In this document: piece after piece, positions 39,491 through 43,900 of the stretch
How positions within the stretch are numbered: the first letter of the stretch is position 1
Layout of the letters: every line of letters starts with the position of its first letter
Source: Nitrospirota bacterium
Lineage (GTDB): Bacteria; Nitrospirota; Nitrospiria; JACRHA01
Length of the DNA: 43,900 bases
Assembly (NCBI GenBank): GCA_016234185.1
Contig: JACRHA010000109.1
Coordinates: 1-43,900 of the forward strand
Direction: 5' to 3'
Made by a program: the position numbers and the translations under genes
The notes under the pieces: model-generated
What the model was told of the DNA's origin: nothing
The model's input: only the letters and a program-made list of their open reading frames with translations
Databases searched by the model: none

Positions 39491-39766
39491 TTACTGAAAA
39501 TAGACCCAGGGCTTCCTTTCGGCCAGATATCTGTCGCCAATATAATTGAGCCTTGCCCTGATCTTCTTAAATCCCCCTTTTTTAAGTTCATATGCCAACC
39601 CCTTTAATGCCTCATCCTGTGAAGGATAGGAATTGGCCGAGATATTAAGGCCCTCGTAATTAAAAGAAACAGAGAAGATACCTCCTGAGGCTGATATTGT
39701 AACAGACCTGTCAAAGTATCTTCCCTCATTATCAAAACCTTCCAGTTGGTAGATAGAAGAAGTCAT
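39491..39766 (-). CDS. Hypothetical protein
   Basis: 91 aa, GGAG RBS, co-oriented with neighbours. Confidence 0.7.
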   Translation of the reverse strand: MTSSIYQLEGFDNEGRYFDRSVTISASGGIFSVSFNYEGLNISANSYPSQDEALKGLAYELKKGGFKKIRARLNYIGDRYLAERKPWVYFQ

Positions 39767-39797
39767 AACGCGTACTCCATATGTTTTTGTTATGATG

Positions 39798-39902
39798 CTA
39801 TTGCAGGGGCTTGCGTCGCCCCCTCCACCGGCCAGGCCCGGTTGTAGGGGCGAGGCGGCGCCTCGCCCCTACAACTCAACGCTCGCTTTGCTCGCTGGGT
39901 AT
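39798..39902 (-). repeat. Modular intergenic palindromic element, copy 4 (single unit with a nested GTAG REP)
   Basis: Same arms. The centre is GTTGTAGGGGCGAGGCG-G-CGCCTCGCCCCTACAAC. Abuts the argB TAG. Confidence 0.9.
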
Positions 39903-40778
39903 CTACGAAACTATCTCTGTGCCGATACCTTTATCTGTAAATACCTCAAGGAGGATGGCATGGGGAATCCTCCCGTCGATAATGTGCGTCTTTTTTACGC
40001 CCCCTTCAAGTGCAGCAAGACATGACCTTACCTTCGGGAGCATGCCGTCGCTGATAACCTCATCCCGTATCAACTTTGACGTCTCCTTCTTTGAGAGGGT
40101 TGAAAGCAACCTCCCATCCTTATCCAGTATCCCCTTCACGTCTGTAAGGAATATGAGCTTCTCTGCCTTTAGGGCTGATGCAACTGAGCCTGCCGCAATA
40201 TCCGCATTTATATTGTAGCCCTTCCCTTCCCTGTCTGCGCCTATAGGGGCAATCACAGGAATGAACCTGTCCCCCTCAAGACAGGAGAGGAGCCTTGGAT
40301 CAACCTCCTCGACCTCTCCGGCCATCCCCATGTCAGGGGATCCTGCCTTATTTTTCTTTGGTCTATCCAGTTCAATCTGTCTTGCAGTAATCAGTCTGCC
40401 ATCCTTTCCTGTCAGACCGACAGCCTTTCCGCCATGCCTGTTTATTGCGGTGACGATCTCCTTGTTTATGGTGCCGCCCAGCACCATCTCGACTATCTCC
40501 ATTGTCTCCTTGTCAGTAACCCTTATCCCCTTTATAAACTGCGGTTCCTTTCCAAGCCTCTTCATCATTGAGGAGATCTGCGGTCCTCCTCCATGTACGA
40601 TTACAGGGTTCATCCCGACATATTTCATCAGTACAACATCCTGAGCAAATGTCTCCTTTAATTCTTCATCCACCATTGCCTTTCCGCCGTACTTTATTAC
40701 CACTGTTTTTCCAAAGAATGTCCGGATATAGGGGAGGGCCTCTATTAATATATCTGCTTTTTTTATCAGTCTATCCAT
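39903..40778 (-). CDS. argB: Acetylglutamate kinase
   Basis: [35 protein letters not shown]. Confidence 0.96.
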   Translation of the reverse strand: MDRLIKKADILIEALPYIRTFFGKTVVIKYGGKAMVDEELKETFAQDVVLMKYVGMNPVIVHGGGPQISSMMKRLGKEPQFIKGIRVTDKETMEIVEMVLGGTINKEIVTAINRHGGKAVGLTGKDGRLITARQIELDRPKKNKAGSPDMGMAGEVEEVDPRLLSCLEGDRFIPVIAPIGADREGKGYNINADIAAGSVASALKAEKLIFLTDVKGILDKDGRLLSTLSKKETSKLIRDEVISDGMLPKVRSCLAALEGGVKKTHIIDGRIPHAILLEVFTDKGIGTEIVS

Positions 40779-40814
40779 CGATTCTGTATCATGCATTTTT
40801 AAGCAATTGCAAGA

Positions 40815-40912
40815 TCCAAATTTCAAAGTTCAAGGTTTGAAACAATTAAAGTTCAAATGTCAAAGCTCAAAGTCCAAACATTTGGAATTTGGATTTTGAC
40901 ATTTATCATTTA
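40815..40912. repeat. Degenerate heptamer tandem repeats in inverted arrangement
   Basis: TTCAAAT GTCAAAG CTCAAAG TCCAAAC followed by ATTTGGA ATTTGGA TTTTGAC ATTTATC. Confidence 0.75.
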
Positions 40913-42289
40913 CAAAATATACCTTGTAAGGTCCTCATCCTTTATTATACCGGCAAGCTTCTCCCTTACATAGTTTGAATCTATCTTAAATTCCTTCTCT
41001 TTTGAGTCAGGGGCGTTAAATGAGATCTCATCCAGGAGCTTTTCGAGTATGGTAAAAAGCCTTCTTGCCCCTATGTTTTCGGCCCTCTCATTTACGGAGA
41101 CCGTTATGGATGCTATCTCTTCAATCGCATCATCTGAAAAATCAAGTTTGACACCCTCGGTCTCAAGGAGGGCTATATACTGTTTTATCAATGCATTCTT
41201 GGGTTCAGTGAGAATTCGTATAAAATCTTCCTTTACAAGGGATTCAAGTTCTACACGGATTGGAAAGCGCCCCTGGAGTTCAGGGATCAGGTCCGATGGT
41301 TTTGATACATGAAAAGCCCCGGCAGCTATAAATAATATATGGTCTGTCTTCACAACTCCATATTTTGTACTGACCGTAGACCCCTCAACTATAGGAAGCA
41401 GGTCTCTCTGGACCCCCTCCCTTGATACATCCGGACCGGCCCCCCTTTCCCTGCTTGCAATCTTGTCTATCTCATCAAGGAATATTATGCCTGACTGCTC
41501 TACCTTTGCAATGGCATCCCTTGTTACTTCATCCATGTCGATCAGTTTCTGGGCCTCTTCCTGGGTAATGGTCTTCAGCGCCTCCGGGACCTTCATCCTG
41601 ACCTTCTTCTTTTTCCCGGGTAAGAGACCCCCGAACATCTCCCTCAGGTTTATCTCGAGATCTTCCATCCCTATGTTGGATATTACACCTATGGGAAGGG
41701 TCTTGTCCTTTACCTCAAGCTCGACAAATCTGCTATTGAGCTTCCCCTCTGCCAGCTGCTGCCGTAATTTTTCCCTTGTATGCTCATAAGATTCCGGGAA
41801 CTCGTGGGTAACCGCTTCACCCCTTCCCTCAGTGAATATACCAGGGGGTGGTTTCATGGCAGGAGGAGGGAGCAGCAGATCCATGATCCTCTCTTCCGCC
41901 TGTTTTGCCGCCTTTTCCCTTACCTTCTCATAGTGTTCGGCCTTGACCATATTTACAGAGAGCTCAACCAAGTCGCGAATCATCGACTCGACATCTCTGC
42001 CGACATAACCGACCTCAGTAAATTTTGATGCCTCTATTTTCAAAAATGGGGCCTTGGCCAGTTTTGCAAGCCTCCTTGATATCTCTGTCTTCCCAACGCC
42101 GGTCGGCCCGCGCCGCATTATATTTTTAGGCAGTACCTCATCCCTCAGGTCATCAGAAAGCCTCTGCCTGCGCCACCTGTTCCTCAAGGCTATGGCGACC
42201 ATCCTCTTGGCATTATTCTGCCCTATTATATATTTGTCAAGCTCCTTAACAATCTCTTTCGGGACAAGACCCTCTACCATCTCCGTCAT
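40910..42289 (-). CDS. hslU: ATP-dependent protease ATPase subunit HslU
   Basis: [48 protein letters not shown]. Confidence 0.97.
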   Translation of the reverse strand: MTEMVEGLVPKEIVKELDKYIIGQNNAKRMVAIALRNRWRRQRLSDDLRDEVLPKNIMRRGPTGVGKTEISRRLAKLAKAPFLKIEASKFTEVGYVGRDVESMIRDLVELSVNMVKAEHYEKVREKAAKQAEERIMDLLLPPPAMKPPPGIFTEGRGEAVTHEFPESYEHTREKLRQQLAEGKLNSRFVELEVKDKTLPIGVISNIGMEDLEINLREMFGGLLPGKKKKVRMKVPEALKTITQEEAQKLIDMDEVTRDAIAKVEQSGIIFLDEIDKIASRERGAGPDVSREGVQRDLLPIVEGSTVSTKYGVVKTDHILFIAAGAFHVSKPSDLIPELQGRFPIRVELESLVKEDFIRILTEPKNALIKQYIALLETEGVKLDFSDDAIEEIASITVSVNERAENIGARRLFTILEKLLDEISFNAPDSKEKEFKIDSNYVREKLAGIIKDEDLTRYIL

Positions 42290-42849
42290 TACTTCAGCTC
42301 CTCTACGATGATCTCCTTGTTGGTATATATATCAATATCAGCGGCTATCAGCATAGCAGTTTTTGCGATAGTTGCCGCATCAAGATCAGAATGGGATACC
42401 AGCGCCCTTGCCGCAGAGAGCGCATAGGGCCCGCCCGACCCTATCGCCAGGATACCGTCCTCCGGTTCTATGACATCCCCTGTCCCTGATATGAGAAAAG
42501 AATGCTCCCTGTCTGCAATTATAAGCAGCGCCTCGAGCCTCCTTAATACCCTGTCTGTCCTCCAGTCCTTTGCAAGCTCAACAGCAGCCCTGGTAATGTT
42601 CCCTTTATACTCCTCGATCTTTGCCTCAAACTTCTCAAAGAGTGTGAGCGCATCTGCCGTTGCCCCGGCAAACCCGGTCACAATCTTGTCATTATACATC
42701 TTCCGCAGCTTCTTCGCATTATTCTTCATCACAGTCGTTCCCATTGTTACCTGTCCATCGGCTGCTATGGCGACCATTCCCTTATGCCTTATGCAGATGA
42801 CAGTTGTGCTGCGTATCCTGTCTTTATTTTCTCGTCTTCCTTTTTCCAT
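42289..42849 (-). CDS. hslV: ATP-dependent protease subunit HslV
   Basis: [33 protein letters not shown]. Confidence 0.97.
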   Translation of the reverse strand: MEKGRRENKDRIRSTTVICIRHKGMVAIAADGQVTMGTTVMKNNAKKLRKMYNDKIVTGFAGATADALTLFEKFEAKIEEYKGNITRAAVELAKDWRTDRVLRRLEALLIIADREHSFLISGTGDVIEPEDGILAIGSGGPYALSAARALVSHSDLDAATIAKTAMLIAADIDIYTNKEIIVEELK

Positions 42850-43762
42850 GTTCTTTTCCTCGGGGATGGGTCTTGTCGTACACCTCCATTAGCTTGTCCA
42901 TGCTTAAATGTATATATTTCTGTGTCGTAGAGAGACTTGCATGTCCCAGGAGTTCCTGTATTGATCTTAGATCTGCCCCGCCATCTAAAAGATGGGTGGC
43001 GAAGGTATGCCTCAGGGTATGTGGTGTGGCATGGCGTATCATACCTATCCGCTTAACATATTTTGCTACTATACCCTCGATGCCTCTTGCTGTCAATCTC
43101 CTGCCGAACCTGTTGAGAAAGACAGGGTGTAGGGGGTAGGGTGTAGGGGATTCATGTATCATGTATCCTGTATCCTGTATCCTATTTACATATTCCGTTA
43201 TGGCCTTTATCGCCTTTGAACCTAGCGGTACGATCCTCTCCTTTTTACCCTTTCCCCTTACCCTTACCAGGCCGTCACCAAGGTTAAGGTCATCAAGGTT
43301 AAGGGATGCGAGCTCGCTCACTCTTATACCGGCAGAGTAGAATGTCTCGAGTATAGCCCTGTCCCTCAAGCCGAATTTCTCTTTGCCGTCCGCTGATTCC
43401 ATGAGTCTGATTGCCTCATCAAGCGTAAGAAAGGATGGGAGCATCTTTTCTCTCTTCGGGCTTGAGACCATCTTTGCCGGATTTATCTCTATGATCCCCT
43501 CCCTGTTCAGATATCTAAAAAAACTTCTCAAAGAGGCGAGCCTCCTGCCCAGTGAGTTTCTTGATTCGCCTTTTTTGTGGAGCTCAGCCAGGAACCCCCT
43601 GATAATTATATGATCTATAGCGGCAAGCCTGATAGCCCCTCCGTTTTTCTTAAGGTATTCAGAGAACATCCTCAGATCGCAGGTATAACCTTTTACAGTG
43701 TGTTCAGATGCCCCTCTCTCTACCTCAAGATATCTGATAAATCCTTCGACCTCTTTTTCCAC
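42824..43762 (-). CDS. xerC: Tyrosine recombinase XerC
   Basis: [43 protein letters not shown]. xerC-hslV-hslU synteny. Confidence 0.93.
   Translation of the reverse strand: MEKEVEGFIRYLEVERGASEHTVKGYTCDLRMFSEYLKKNGGAIRLAAIDHIIIRGFLAELHKKGESRNSLGRRLASLRSFFRYLNREGIIEINPAKMVSSPKREKMLPSFLTLDEAIRLMESADGKEKFGLRDRAILETFYSAGIRVSELASLNLDDLNLGDGLVRVRGKGKKERIVPLGSKAIKAITEYVNRIQDTGYMIHESPTPYPLHPVFLNRFGRRLTARGIEGIVAKYVKRIGMIRHATPHTLRHTFATHLLDGGADLRSIQELLGHASLSTTQKYIHLSMDKLMEVYDKTHPRGKEHGKRKTRK
43124..43184. repeat. Heptamer tandem repeats inside xerC
   Basis: AGGGTGT AGGGGGT AGGGTGT AGGGGAT TCATGTA TCATGTA TCCTGTA TCCTGTA TCCTA. Confidence 0.85.
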
Positions 43763-43787
43763 CTGAAAATACCTCTTTTATTAAAAT

Positions 43788-43881
43788 TGTCATTCCCGCA
43801 GGATTTTAGCGGGAATCCATTACACCCCCTACCGATTCAATCGTGGGGATGGATGCCCAATAGAAGCATTCGGGCATGACA
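43788..43881. repeat. TGTC-tagged REP-like inverted doublet, copy 3
   Basis: TGTCATTCCCGC..GCGGGAATCCA...TGGATGCCC..CGGGCATGACA. Confidence 0.8.
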
Positions 43882-43900
43882 GTTGTTAAATTGCCGGGTT

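Noticed and set aside
43279-43304. AAGGTT hexamer repeats in xerC
   Set aside because: They encode LNLDDLNL, ordinary XerC sequence after RVSEL.
42824-43762. xerC as the integrase of a mobile element or of the truA islet
   Set aside because: It sits in the conserved xerC-hslV-hslU-argB context, 30 kb from the islet, and no att or dif site was recognised.
1-43900. tRNA, rRNA, integron attC sites or a recoded genetic code
   Set aside because: No cloverleaf, rRNA or attC pattern was recognised by eye, and core genes are intact under the standard bacterial code.

Overview
A 43.9 kb bacterial chromosomal segment. Gene content and order suggest a Nitrospirota/deltaproteobacterial-type organism (inference). 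The backbone is housekeeping: ribBA-ribH-nusB-purB-purS, truA, amiC, hemB-ribF-tilS-hpt-ftsH-folP-cdaA, degP-PIN/TRAM-ispD-ispF and xerC-hslV-hslU-argB. Accessory parts are: (1) a decayed patch at the left end with a frameshifted VapC end, an intact RelE-like toxin-antitoxin pair and a RAYT-like transposase remnant; (2) a partial chemosensory cluster (DUF4388/MshEN/GAF, CheY, CheA, PAS protein); (3) a 1.05 kb islet bounded by a 117 bp duplication of the truA 3' end; (4) a type IV pilus minor-pilin operon with a predicted sigma54 promoter, the most unusual locus. That operon has no PilY1 but encodes a 1134 aa PilW-like pilin fused to about six invasin-type Ig repeats, a 601 aa PilX-like pilin with a CxxCH heme-c motif, an MshEN/GAF protein, a HAMP protein and an aromatic-rich pilin. 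Several short palindromic and heptamer repeat families are present, and some sit in frame inside genes (YkgJ-DUF2156 linker, xerC, folP). No rRNA, tRNA or CRISPR array was seen. All family calls come from motif recognition, not database searches.
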